NCBI GenBank assembly: GCA_030704615.1
Contig: CM060732.1
Location: 59,334,001 to 59,398,000 of the forward strand
Direction of reading: 5' to 3'
Source of the DNA: Takakia lepidozioides
Lineage: Eukaryota > Plantae > Bryophyta
DNA: 64,000 nt
Shown here piece after piece: positions 39,370 to 51,200 of the stretch (positions within the stretch are counted from its first letter, which is position 1; every line of letters begins with the position of its first letter). The notes under the pieces were generated by a model that was not told the origin of the DNA, did not search any database, and saw nothing but the letters and a program-made list of their open reading frames with translations. The position numbers were made by a program, and so were the translations under genes.

Positions 39370-39785
39370 GCAGCCCTAAAAATGGAGGGCTCGGATGGGT
39401 TATGGGAATGGACGGTGGCGATCCTGTGCCGTCAGCGGACTGGATGGCAGGGGACTGGCCAGCTGACTGGCGGGCAGACTGGCGGGCAGACTGGCGGACT
39501 GGCAGACTGGCGGACAGCGGACTGGCCAGCAGCGGACTGGCGGGCAGACTGCTGGGCAGCGGACTGGCCAGCAGCGGACTGGCAGACTGGAGGGCAGCGG
39601 ACTCGTGGGCGGGGGACTGGCCGCGCGGCGGACGGGGGCGTGGGCGCGGTTGCTGCAGCCGCGCCCGCGGCTGGGCGACCGCGCGCAGCGGCGGGCGGGG
39701 CTGGGGAGCCGGGCGTCCGTGCGCGGGGCCCACCGGCCACATCGCACGTGCCCATTGAAGACCCTATTATCTTAAAATGAGAGGC
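39370..39785 (-). repeat. Right TIR of the MULE
   Basis: Ends ...CATTGAAGACCCTATTATCTTAAAATGAGAGGC, the inverse of 27227 onwards. Confidence 0.93.
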
Positions 39786-40106
39786 GTTTGCCGTAGCCAG
39801 CTTGTGGCCATTGACCCCGTGCCCAGTTTGAGTGGAACACAAAGGGACATAGCCTACCTCTCTCAGGGGCTCACGTGGGTAGTAAGACTTACCTTGGTAT
39901 AAAGCATTGATCAGGGTTTTCCAGATATCCTCTAGATATCCGTTCACACAAGCATCAATCTGCAGTGTGTGGTTTGCCCAGTAACTAGGCCCCAGAAAAG
40001 CCTGGGCTTTCGGCTCAGCCTCGAGACTTTCAAAGTTGGTAAACAGAGGTATATGCACAATTCCCTAGATTTGAGGAGAGCGTGTCTCTGGTGAGAGAAC
40101 CCCCCG
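39786..40106 (-). mobile_element. Remainder of the older LINE-A 3' fragment split by the MULE (other part 27200-27226)
   Basis: Translates to NFESLEAEPKAQA...GHGVNGHK and is contiguous with 27200-27226 across the TSD. Confidence 0.88.
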
Positions 40107-40818
40107 ACAGAGAATTACAGCCTTGCAAGTCCAACCAGAAGCTCTCACCTTGCCAAACCTTGTTCATCCAATTTATTAGGCTGACTTGAAGCCACAGTCC
40201 TTTTGTCTAACTGTAAAGCGAGATTTCTAACTACAGACAAATGTTTTATCGCAGAAGATGCAGAGGAGGTGAAGTCTGTGTTCAAGATTGCACTCAATCT
40301 ATCCTGCATATTGCTTGTCTTGAGGTTTACCATCCATGTGCTGCAAGTTGACGACTGACCTCATCTCTAACCCTTGAGCATTGGTTTAATTCAGAGATTG
40401 CGAGAAAAAGGTTTTTCATCCCCGAGATTTTTCTGCTTGTAGTAGAAAGCCCAACATATATCACTTTGGGCCACAAGTGATCCAGACCAGTGACCATTAT
40501 CAAAAATCATACAACAGTGATTGTGGGGAAAGAAAACTCAGTCCATGACAACTTTTGATTTGATTCAAATGAAATGGCTGACATACAAGATGGAAAAAAA
40601 CTTCTAATGTTTCAACTAGCTACACTTCTGTGACTAGACAATCTTGCAGCCTTGAAGGGTCTGATATGCAATCCATCCTAGTCCTTCTACTAGAAAATCA
40701 TGGATAACCATGACCACTTGCCAACGCCATAGTTTCTAATTGAGGAGAATGGTACTATGGATTTTTAATAAGGCAATACACCTCATTACTATAACCAAAT
40801 ACTTGCACATGTCACAGC

Positions 40819-41648
40819 TCATGGAGGGGGCAAACTGGGATGTCCTGGAACCCCACCACTGGGATATTATGGAAAACCACCACTAGGATATGTTGGAAAG
40901 CCACCACTGGAATATCCTGGAACGCCACCACTGGGATATCCTAGAACGCCACCACTAGAATATCCTGGAACGACACCACTGGGATATCCTGGAAAGCCAC
41001 CACTGGGAAATCCTAGACTACCGCCGCCGGGAAACAAACCGGGATAACCTCCGAAATGTTCAAAACTTCCAAACGGAGGAGCAAGCCAAAATGGATGTTT
41101 AGCATCGAAGTACTTCAGATTACCATACTCACTTGCCCGTGCCACAGCTTCTAGAGGCACACCGGGAAACCCTGGAACGCCACCACTGGGATATCCTAGA
41201 ACGCCACCACTCGGATATCCTAGAACGCCACCACTGGAATATCCTGGAACGCCACCACTCGGATATCCTAGAATGCCACCACTGGAATATCCTGGGATGC
41301 CACCACTGGGATATCCAGGAAAGCCACCACTGGGAAATCCTAGACTGCCGCCGCCGGGAAACAAACCGGGATAACCTCCGAAATGTCCAAAACTTCCAAA
41401 CGGAGGAAGATTCCAGAATGGATGTTTAGCGTCGAATTACTTCAGATTATCAGACCCACTTGCCCATGCCACAGCTTCTGGAGGAGGAGGAGGCCCACCG
41501 GGAAATCTCCACCCTCCTCTGAATCATGCTTGTTCCCAACACGTTCACTTTCACTCTCCAAATCAGATGGACGAGCTTGCACACTCCCTACTAAGAAAAT
41601 CAGAAACAAGAGAAAAGACACCATACAAATCCATTGCAGAGTCTTCAT
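40819..41648 (-). pseudogene. Secreted Gly/Pro-rich (cell-wall-type) protein, probably pseudogenised
   Basis: Signal peptide MKTLQWICMVSFLLFLIFLVGSVQAR. Two large repeats containing DAKHPFW plus 24-nt GYPSGGVP units. Frameshift near 41500 and in-frame TAA codons near 41437 and at 40867. Confidence 0.7.
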
Positions 41649-44600
41649 TGCAAGCAATCAATCCTTTACCTGGACCTAGACTCACCTCTTCCTCCCTTGT
41701 CAAATCTATAGCAAGCTGACGCCCACACAAATGATTGGTAAGCCACTCCAAGACTTCGTTTATATAGTGACTCAAGGCCAAGGTCTTAAACAACATACTG
41801 ATAAACATAGCGGCTGCTACGCACTATAGTAGTGTCAACAAATTTTTTTTTCTTACAAAAAGAAAAAGAAAAGTGTTCAGAGATTCATTGAACTTTATTG
41901 GGTTTCAAGAAAGCCTAGGAGGTTAGTTTTTCCTCCAGCTGTAATCTTTTATTATTAATATGATTTGCAGGGCCTCCGTCCCCTATATATTTTTTAAAAA
42001 GAAAAAAGAAAAAAGAAAGCCTAATTTTTACCTATCCCGTCGTCATTAGTCAAACTTGATTTTGAAGAGATTGAAATTAGGTCTTTGATCAATTGTAAAC
42101 AAGCTTCAACTACAAGAGATTCAAGTGCTTCAGACTAACGCACTCCTTCCGACGTGCTCGAAATGGTTGTCCAATTTTCCAGAAAAACAAAAAAGAAGCT
42201 CGGATGTCTTAAAATTGAAATCACCTAAATACTCAACGGAACAGAAAAACGGAAAAGAAAAAGAAAACAGATCCCTCAATATTGGATGCCTAGTTCAATG
42301 AATGAATGGTTTACATTGAAATAAATAAATAAAAAAATTAAAATGAATGAATGGCTTACATTGAAGCCTAAAAATCTAAACATAACTGATCTCCATCCAT
42401 TCACCATCCATACGTTCGTCGTTCAAAGACTCACAGCGAGTCATCCATCCATCTCTAGTTAGCAGCAGCCCGGCCGCCGATCCCAAGCGCGGTTAGGGCT
42501 TGAAAATAGTCGTTACTGCCACCTTTTTATGTTCCGTCAATACCCGACGGACGACACTTACTACTTTTAACCGTAATCCCACTATTTACTACTTACTAAT
42601 CAGCCAAGTCATGACGGGGCTGAGATCACATACAACTGATGATAACTTGCACCCACAATCAGACAACTCTCACAATTCACACTCCATTAGACTCGTAAGG
42701 AAGCCACATGCCATATGGAATGCAAGTTACTCTGCCACCCCGGCTTTGTTCTCTCCTTGAATCGGCAAAACATACAGTGTTCCTCCCCTTCTTTCTGTTT
42801 TATAAAGCTTCCTGAATCCACCAGAGTCGTGTGCCTATTAACACAATTTACAGCCCTTGGACAATACGAGATGATGAACAAGCAATCCTACCTTTGGGAC
42901 ACAGTGCCGTGCTTTACAGCCGCTCATAGCGTTCTCCCAAGCGGATTGCTAACAAGACTAGTTCGTAACACAAGCAAGCTGCAGAACTAAACGGTTAGGT
43001 AGAGCTCGCAAGATGATGGCTTTCAGCTAATTGCGTTTTCTTCTCCCACAAGTTGACCACGCACCAAAAAATACGTGCTTGTCTTATGAAAGTTGGACGC
43101 TTTAACCCCATTCTTGGCTGTGTATAATCGACAAAAACAGCCATGTATGTGGGTACTTTATCCCCTATTTAACTGCCTCGCAAAGCACCATTAGCCACTA
43201 GCACTGATCTCTTGTTGCAGCTGAGAAGCTCACCATGTTAGCCTGTGTGGCTGTGGGTCCTCGGCCTCTCAGTCCGGCAATCAGAGGCACACTATGGGAG
43301 GTGCAATGCAGCAGCAGGGTGCAAAACATGGGCGTCGTAAGAGCATCTAGCAGGTCCGAAGAGGCTGTGTCTTCATCTTCTTCGTTGGACTCCTTGCTAT
43401 CGTCTGAAAACATTCTACGTGCTCTCACTGGTGATGGTATGCATCCAAACTGTTGGTGTGCTAGTGTCCTCAGTGGTGTTGTCTAAAGGGAGAGGTCCTG
43501 CAGGGATCACCAACTGATTAGCGATTGTTGTGGGAAGCATGGAAGCTGCTGGTGGATCATTATGCAAGGCTGAGGCTTCCTCGTGGAGCTTCCACCTCAC
43601 AGGTGACGATCCTCCTCTGCATAGGACTCCTACAATCATTCTCCTTATTTTGTCAAGAATATTCAAGTTTCAGCACTCGCATGAAATTCGAGTATGGTTT
43701 ACCCTGGCCATGGATGTGAATGGTTGCGCATCCATTGCAGCTGTTCAAGTTACAGTCATATGGGTGCCCACTCAACCCTGTGGCTCGCAGCTTTTAAGTA
43801 CAATGCGTAAATTGAGTTCAGTGTCGGATTGTCCGTCATCCCGGCCTTTCAAGGTGTGCCGATTACCTTGTTTACTTTCTTTAGAGCCAATGTGTTGTGT
43901 AGGGTCGTGCGAAATGTATTGAAGTTTAGAAAAATTTGAAGTTCAGAAAATTATTTTGGCAAAGCAAGAGACACAGCCCAAAAAGTCAACCTTCATTGCT
44001 ATAAGAAAGAAAAGAAAGAAAGAAAGAATTTATGATGTCCACTGAGAGCAGTAACTCAGTATCTTCATTGTTTATCTTACGCATCTCAGAATTTGTTTAT
44101 CTTACACATCTCAGTGGTATCCTTGCAGAAAGAGGAAGATGCAGACAATGGAAACAGAAATGTGGCTCTGTTTTCTTGGGGTGGTTTGTTCTTTCATGCA
44201 TTCTTAGCCTTACTTTGAAATAGAAGGGATTGTACATTAGAGAGTGAAGCAGGACATAGTAGTAAGGATATAGCATCTCATGCCATAGGTGGTGCATAGA
44301 ATAGCAGTCTGTATACCCTCAAATGCAATGTAGATAAAGGGCCTTCTCTCAGTACGTGTTGTGATGGGATGTGAAGTATATGAAACTTTGCCTTTCTCCG
44401 AAAGAAGGTAAGCTCTTGTATGGAGTCTTGACTTCAGAGCTAGACTTTCAAACAGTCTACAAGATTATCCAGAGATTCCTTTCCATGTGGCATTTCTTTG
44501 TATGGATTGGCCACAAGGATAACTTTGCCTTGGTTTGGTTTCTCTTACACCCATAATTATTGACATGGTGTGGAACCCCTAACTGAAGGGGTGGTGCGTA

Positions 44601-45469
44601 GTCATGGCTACTTCTACATGGACCAAACCAGCTCATATGAAACTGGCATATGTCTGGAAAGTTACAATGTGATGTTTTTAAGATGGAAGACTTTCGGCCA
44701 CAGCTCTTTGAGATAGGCCTAGAAAATTCCTCCACTCCTTCACAACATTATCCCTTGGGTGCCATGTAGGACTCCATGGCTTTTGGGCCAAAGCAAACTT
44801 GGACCATCAGCATTGCTCGCTCACAACCACACACCAAACACTCAAAAAGCAAACAGAAACTTCGCAAGAGAAACCAAACACTCCCGGACGGAAAGCAACC
44901 GAGCCAAACACTCACTGGCCCAGTCAAGGACAGTCTACCACAGACCGCCTGCCACAGTGTGTTTTGCTCTAAATACAGTTGCGTGAAAATGACTTAAAAG
45001 ATCTTGTATGCACAGCAGGTCCAGCCTGGACATGAATATGGGCTTTTAGGATTATGTTAGCTCACTTTCATTAATATTTGACCTTGTATCCTTTTTGGAT
45101 CCCCGCAGGGAGGGAGGTGTTCTCTTAATCTTAAACTTGTGAGGACTCTGCCAGAGTCAGAAGAAACACACGTCTCCAGATACTGTATGCCCCCAAAAAA
45201 GAGTCACCCAGCACAAAGTATTCCTCACTCTCCTGGGGAACTCCTTGAGCTCTTTTTGGCACTAGCAAACATCCTTTTTAGCAAGGAGATATCCTCTGCA
45301 ATACTGTTTCCAGTGCATCCTGCTCCCCAAGCTGTACTTCACCTCTAATGATCATCCCCGCCATAGGAAGCGAATTGGTTGACATGTACTGATGATTATA
45401 CTTTCGAGTCTATAATCATTCCTTTCCACTTTAAAAAGCTTACGCATGTGGTAACATATATGACCTCTT

Positions 45470-46075
45470 CAACCTCACAATTGAAGCAACACACTTTCTC
45501 TCATGACTCATTCGGAGAGAGCTTATGGAATTACATGTCAAGAGAACTTGGATGCTATCCAATCTCACGACAAAGCTCCACTTCTATCGAGAGACATTCT
45601 TGGTGCTCCGCAATGATAGAATCTTGAGACCAAATTACATTTCAGCACCCTTATCTCCTTCCCTCTTGAGGGCATTGGGGCGGTTCAGGGTGGGTTCCCA
45701 CAACCTACGGATAGAGACTGGCAGATGGGAAAACCTGCAACGGGAGGACCGCCTATGTCCAGCTTGCATAGGGCGCAGCAAGGAAATTGAAACTGAAGAA
45801 CACTTCTTCTTCTACTGCCCTCTATACTACGAGATCCGTGGGAGATTTCACTGTTTATTCAGTGGAACCCAAACTCTCACTGATGTCTTTCACTATGAGG
45901 ATAAAAAATGCTTGGCAGCCTACCTACACGAGGCCTTCACCCTTAGACAATCGCTAGAACATTAATTGTGGTTTCTGGATTTGTTCCTCTCTCATGTTTT
46001 CTTCCATTTTGTCCCATAAGCTCTACGAGCTTTCCGCGGACGTTATAAAGCACCATTTCATTTCATTTCATTTCT
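45470..46075 (+). mobile_element. LINE-B (RTE/RTEX-like) 3' fragment with (CATTT)n tail
   Basis: RFRVGSHNLRIETGRW...RLCPAC...ETEEHFFFYCPLY, followed by a 3' UTR ending TTATAAAGCAC(CATTT)n. Confidence 0.85.
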
Positions 46076-46088
46076 CATGTTGCTGGCT

Positions 46089-47612
46089 TCACCAGTAATC
46101 CCCACAAGAGCATATCCCATCTTGGAAGTGATGAAAGCGGTTCGCATCCCGTACAACAAGTGTCCGCCCAACAATCTTCGAGAGGAAGTTACTGGCAGTG
46201 TGACACACCCGAAGGTTCTTGATCACATAGATGGGCATTCCAGGAGACGTGCTGATGAGTCCAAACACAATGGCGGGCTTCTCACTGTGGTGACAAAGAG
46301 ACAATTCCTTTTGCTCCTCCTCCACGTCATGCAACACAAGGCGCGTGTCGGGCATGTACCCTGCCTCCATCATTTGCCCACACAACCTCCTCAGCTCAGC
46401 ATGGATTTCCTTGGATGCAATCTGTCTTCCATAACGAACTCATGAACCTGGTTGTTGAACTCAATCCAACTGCGCCCTGGCTCCTTTCTCACACCTATTT
46501 CCTCCATCATTTGTCTAACCTTTGCTGTATCATCCCACCTGCCAGCCGCAGCATAGATGTTGGACAGTAGCACGTAAGCTCCAGCATGCCGTGGATTGCA
46601 CTTCAGAACGCATTTTGCAGCACGTTCTGCTAACTCAACATTGCCATGAATTCTGCAGGCACCAAGCAAAGCCACCCACACACAAGTATCAGGTTCTATT
46701 GGCATTTTCTTAATAAAGTGCTCTGCCTCATCCAATCGCCCTGAACGGCAAAGTAGGTCGACCATGCAGCCAAAATGCTCCACTGCAGGTGTAAGGCCAT
46801 GATCTCGACTCATAGAATGAAAGTAGTGATGGCCTTCATCAAATAGGCCCATATGGCTACGAGAAGAGGTATAAAGCTGATACCGTCTGGTTGGAAGCCT
46901 TCCTGTTGCATACGATACCGTCTGATGGCTTCCCTACCGGGTCAAATTCATTTGTGTTCTCAATGCAATTGCCAGCGTAGGAGCTCTGGTAAAGGGTAAG
47001 CAGGTCCTCAAAGCTGGAATTGTGGTATGCGTTAATTTGAAAACCACTCTTGTCGACATATATGCCAAATGTGGGAGCGTCAAGGATGCACGTCAAGTGT
47101 TTGACGAAATGCTGGAACGAAATGTGATTTCATGGACTGCCATGATCGCAGGATATGCTCAGCATGGGTGTTGTCGGGCATTACCCCTTCTCAGACAATT
47201 TGAAGGCCTCTTCACCATGACCCTGCTGGATATACCCGTGATGATCGCATTCCATGAGACCACATTTCTTTCAGCTATTCTGTCAAACATATGACGTGCA
47301 TCCTTAAGGCTCCTGCATTTGGCGTACATATCCACGAGACTATTCCCTAAAATTAATAGATGACTTCATTCCAGTTTTAATGAAGTCAGCATGGACCTGC
47401 TTGGGCTTCTCCAGGTGTCCTAGGCTCTTACAGGCCTTGAGAACACAAATGAATGTGACCACAGCTGGCATCACACCTTGCCGTCGCATTTGCTCATAGA
47501 TTTTGAAATCCTCTTCACCTTGCCCATGCTGAGCATGGCATGTGATTATGGCATTCCATGAGATCACATCTCGTTCAGGCATTTTGCCGAACACTTGACG
47601 TGCACCCCTCAC
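46089..47612 (-). pseudogene. PLS-E-DYW (PG-type) PPR RNA-editing factor pseudogene
   Basis: PLS motifs, E domain, PGRSWIE, HHSEK and terminal CSCGDYW. The CxxC zinc site is deleted (LRVC-HTA), there is a frameshift at ~46410, and an internal segment is inverted (~47022-47170). Confidence 0.88.
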
Positions 47613-47623
47613 ACTCCCACATT

Positions 47624-47740
47624 TAGCAAACAGAAGCAGAGAGGAAAGGGAGAGTGCAATTGCCCATTGACGGGGTCAATGGCCACAAGGCTACGGCAAA
47701 CAACATCTGAGTATACTAATGTTTACAGTCTCTTCTCTCT
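47624..47740 (+). mobile_element. Short internally deleted LINE-A variant 3' fragment
   Basis: The SKQKQRGKGECNCP segment is joined directly to GGGGTCAATGGCCACAAGG..., ending in the variant tail CTGAGTATACTAATGTTTACAGTCTCTTCTCTCT. Confidence 0.75.
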
Positions 47741-48291
47741 GAAGTGGTTTCTCGTCTGTGCTGTTGCCATTGCTTTCTCATCACGGGGCAGGATGCAGGC
47801 CATGGCTGACCAGATACACAATTGATGAAAAGGGCCATGCTTGATAGAAGTGCTTGATACTAGACCTGATCTTGTATGGAATGTACATTCCGAGCAAGAA
47901 AGCGAAAAAGGTTTTGTCCATGGGAGGCCAGCACAAGTAGGACAACTGAAACACAGAATAGTTCACGAGTGAGAGAGAGAGAGAGAGAGTCTCACTAAAC
48001 TTGGCCTGCCAGATCCTTGTTGGTCATAGGCCACCAAGGACGTAGCACAAGAGTAGTATACAGCTCCAGTGAGTTACACCCAGTAGTAAAACTTGCCATG
48101 TGAAAACAACCAGATTTATTCAAAACAATTAAGACAGATAAAGAGATTTTACACAATGAAAGGGAGAGGGAGAGCTAGACAGAGCTTCCCTGCAATGATG
48201 CAAAGGCCTTGAAATAACCTCAATCATACCAATGAATCTATCCCAACCTCCCCTATCTGGAATCCGAACATCATCCACAGCCAATCTAAAA

Positions 48292-51200
48292 TCACCTCTG
48301 GTTGAAAAGATACCTAAAGCTCCAATCATAAGGAACCACAGACATCCTGTGTTTGCCTGATTTCTTCTTTAAGCACTCATCCAAAGCTATGTGCTTCTCT
48401 TCAGTGAGCTGTTTGCCCACCCACTCCATCAATGATTTGGCATCATGCGAGAAATCCCGAGCATACCCATGCAGAATTTTGGGGATGAGTACATGCTTTT
48501 GCTGGCTTACACCCACTGCTGCCATAAGGAAGTCTTGGCAGGCCACCTGCAGCTCAGCTCGGATGTTTGTTCCTGTGTAAGTCCTAACCTGCAGAAAAGG
48601 TTTTTTGTGTCAACACTCCACTTGAATACATTCCTTCTTTGTAACTCACTGGGGAGACAATTTCGTGACTCAACTGGCAGAGCACTGAGAAAGAAAAGGG
48701 GATTTGTGTTGCTTACCATCGGGCTAGACCTGCTACCACAGCAGAGAGCAAAGGTGACAAGAGGCTCGGCCTTCTCAAGTGCACACCCAATTCTCTCGTC
48801 TTTCTTCTTGTACCTGTGCACTGGTAACAAGCTTACCTGCACTCAATAGGCAACACCATAAGAAACGGCATGATTCCTAACTGTTATCAAGAAAATGCAC
48901 ACTGAGGTGGAAGTATAAATAAATAGAAGGAAAAAGTTATGTAAGGTTATGGGATTGCCTAAACTCCACATCAGAATTGAGAGAGATCTAAACTTGGACC
49001 AATGCAATACATTGACCTTTGCCCAAAATTCCGTGAGCAGACAAGGGAGAGAGATCCACTCATTGATTATTCACTGTGCATTGCCTATGACATTAAGTTG
49101 TTAGTCTTTGCAGGAAGCTAACAATCCCAGAGTCAGTTGTGGGGTTTTCGCCCTCAAGGTATAGGAGAGTCATCCCAACATTGGCATGGCACTCGCAACG
49201 ACAATCTGACGACAAGGAATGTTTGATTATAAGCTGGTATAGGAATCATGCGAGAAAGCATGAGATAGAGAGAAGATGGACATTATTAAGTCCATAGGAG
49301 GCCGAGAGGACGCAAGGTAATATAGCCATCTAACTCCTTTGGCAGGTTAACAGAACATAATCAAAGAAACAAAACACAGAGAGAGAAATGAAATGAAATG
49401 AAATGGTGCTTTATAACGTCCGCGGAAAGCTCATAGAGCTTATAGGACAAAATGGAAAGAAAAACATGAGAGAAAACAGGAAACCAGAGAGATAAGAACT
49501 ATTGTTCTAGTGATTGTCTAAGGGTGAATGCCTCGTGCAGGTAGGCTGCCAAGCATTTCTGATCCTCATAGTGAAAGACCTGAGTGAGAGATTGGGTTCC
49601 ACGGAATACACAATGGAATCTCCCACGGATCTCATAGTATAGGGGGCAATATAAGAACTGTTCTTCAGTTTCAATTTCCTGGTTGCGCCCTGTGCAAGCT
49701 GGACAGAGGCGGTCCTCCTGCTGCAGGTTTTCCCATCTGCCAGTCTCTATCCGTAGGTTGTGGGAGCCCACCCTGAACCGCCCCAAAGCCCTCAGGAGAG
49801 AAGGAGATAAAGAGGCCGAAAGGTAATTGGGCCGCAAGATTCTATCATCTCGGAGAACCAGGAATGTTTCTCGATAGAAATGGAGCTTTGTCGTGAGGTT
49901 GGGTAACTTCCAAGTTCTCCTGTAGCTCCATGAGCTCCTTTCTGATGAGTTGGTTGCGGTTGTGCTTGGATGTGATGATCACCCCTTCTGGGTTCACTGG
50001 CAAAAGTGAAGCAATAGAGAGTCCATGGCGTTCAAAGAGAGAGAGAGAGAGAATGTACTCATAAGATGATTTTTGCCGTAGCCCTGTGGCCATAAACCCC
50101 GCGCCTGGTTTATCAAGAGGGAACAAGCACTACCTTTGTGAGGAGCTCACTCCAGTAGTGGAACTTACCTTCGTAGAAAAAATTGGTTCAGGCTTTCCAG
50201 ATTTCCTAAGAAACCGTTCACACAAGCACCAATCTGCTGTGTGTGAGGTTCCCTGCAATTATACCCCAACAGGGCCAGGGCCTTAGGCTCAGCCTCAAGA
50301 TTTTGAAAGTTGGTGAACGGAGGTGCAGCACTATGTTCTTGATGGACCTGACAAAGATCACTCTCTGATGGGAATACCCCGGACATTGTATCAGAAAATG
50401 GATATTGTTTTCAGGCCGCCCATGTGACAATGTCCTTTCATCTCTGCATCTGTTTTTTGTTCAAAGGTAAACTCCCCGCCCTGAGTTTAATTTCAGTCTA
50501 GTGCTGAGGGAAGGTATACCCTTCAGATCATCCTTAAGGTCCTCAGCCGTGTCAAAACTGGAAACAAGCTCAGGGAAGTTTTATGCCTAACTTTGTTGTA
50601 GCCTAGAGAGCCTAGAGAGAGAGAGAGAGATTGTACTCATAAGACGTTGTTTGCCGTAGCCTTGTGGCCATTGACCCGCGCCCAGTTTGAGCGGGAACAA
50701 AAGGGACAGAACCTACCTCTGTCAGGGGCTGACGTTGGTAGTAGGACTTACCTCCATATAAAGAATTAATCCGGGTTTTCCAGATATCCTCTAGAAATCC
50801 CTTCACACAAGCATCAATCTGCTGTGTGTGATTTGCCCAAAAACTAGGCCTCAGGAGGGCCTGGGCTTTTGGCTCAGCCTCGAGACTTTCAAAGTTGGTA
50901 AACAGGGGTACAGGCACAATTCCCTTAATAGATTTGAAGAGAGCGTCTCTTTGGTGAGAGAACCCCGGACAGTGTATCAGAAAATGAATACTATCTTCAG
51001 ATTGCCCACACAACGGGCAATTGCACTCTCCCTTTCCTCTCTGCTTCTGTTTGCTGTTCAAAGGTAGGCTTCCTGCCCTGAGTTTAAATTTCAGTCTAGT
51101 GCCGAGAGTGGGTAGACCCTTGAGGTCATCCAAGATGTCCTCCCCCATGTCACAGACTGGAAACAAGTTCAGGGAAGTTTTCTGCCTAACTTCATTTTCA

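Larger units (their letters stand above)
27227..39785. mobile_element. Full-length Mutator-like element (MULE), 12.56 kb, two convergent genes, inserted in a LINE-A 3' end
   Basis: Long TIRs at 27227-27669 and 39370-39785 starting GCCTCTCATTTTAAGATAATAGGGTCTTCAATG. Perfect 9-bp TSD GTTTGCCGT (27218-27226, 39786-39794). The host LINE sequence continues on both sides. Confidence 0.95.

Noticed and set aside
27227-39785. Zisupton/KDZ or CACTA assignment (SWIM plus SUMO protease)
   Set aside because: The 9-bp TSD, long TIRs beginning with G, and the D-D-CxxH-E signature fit Mutator.
43198-43930. Coding-looking stretch with several short ORFs
   Set aside because: No recognisable motif or consistent exon structure.
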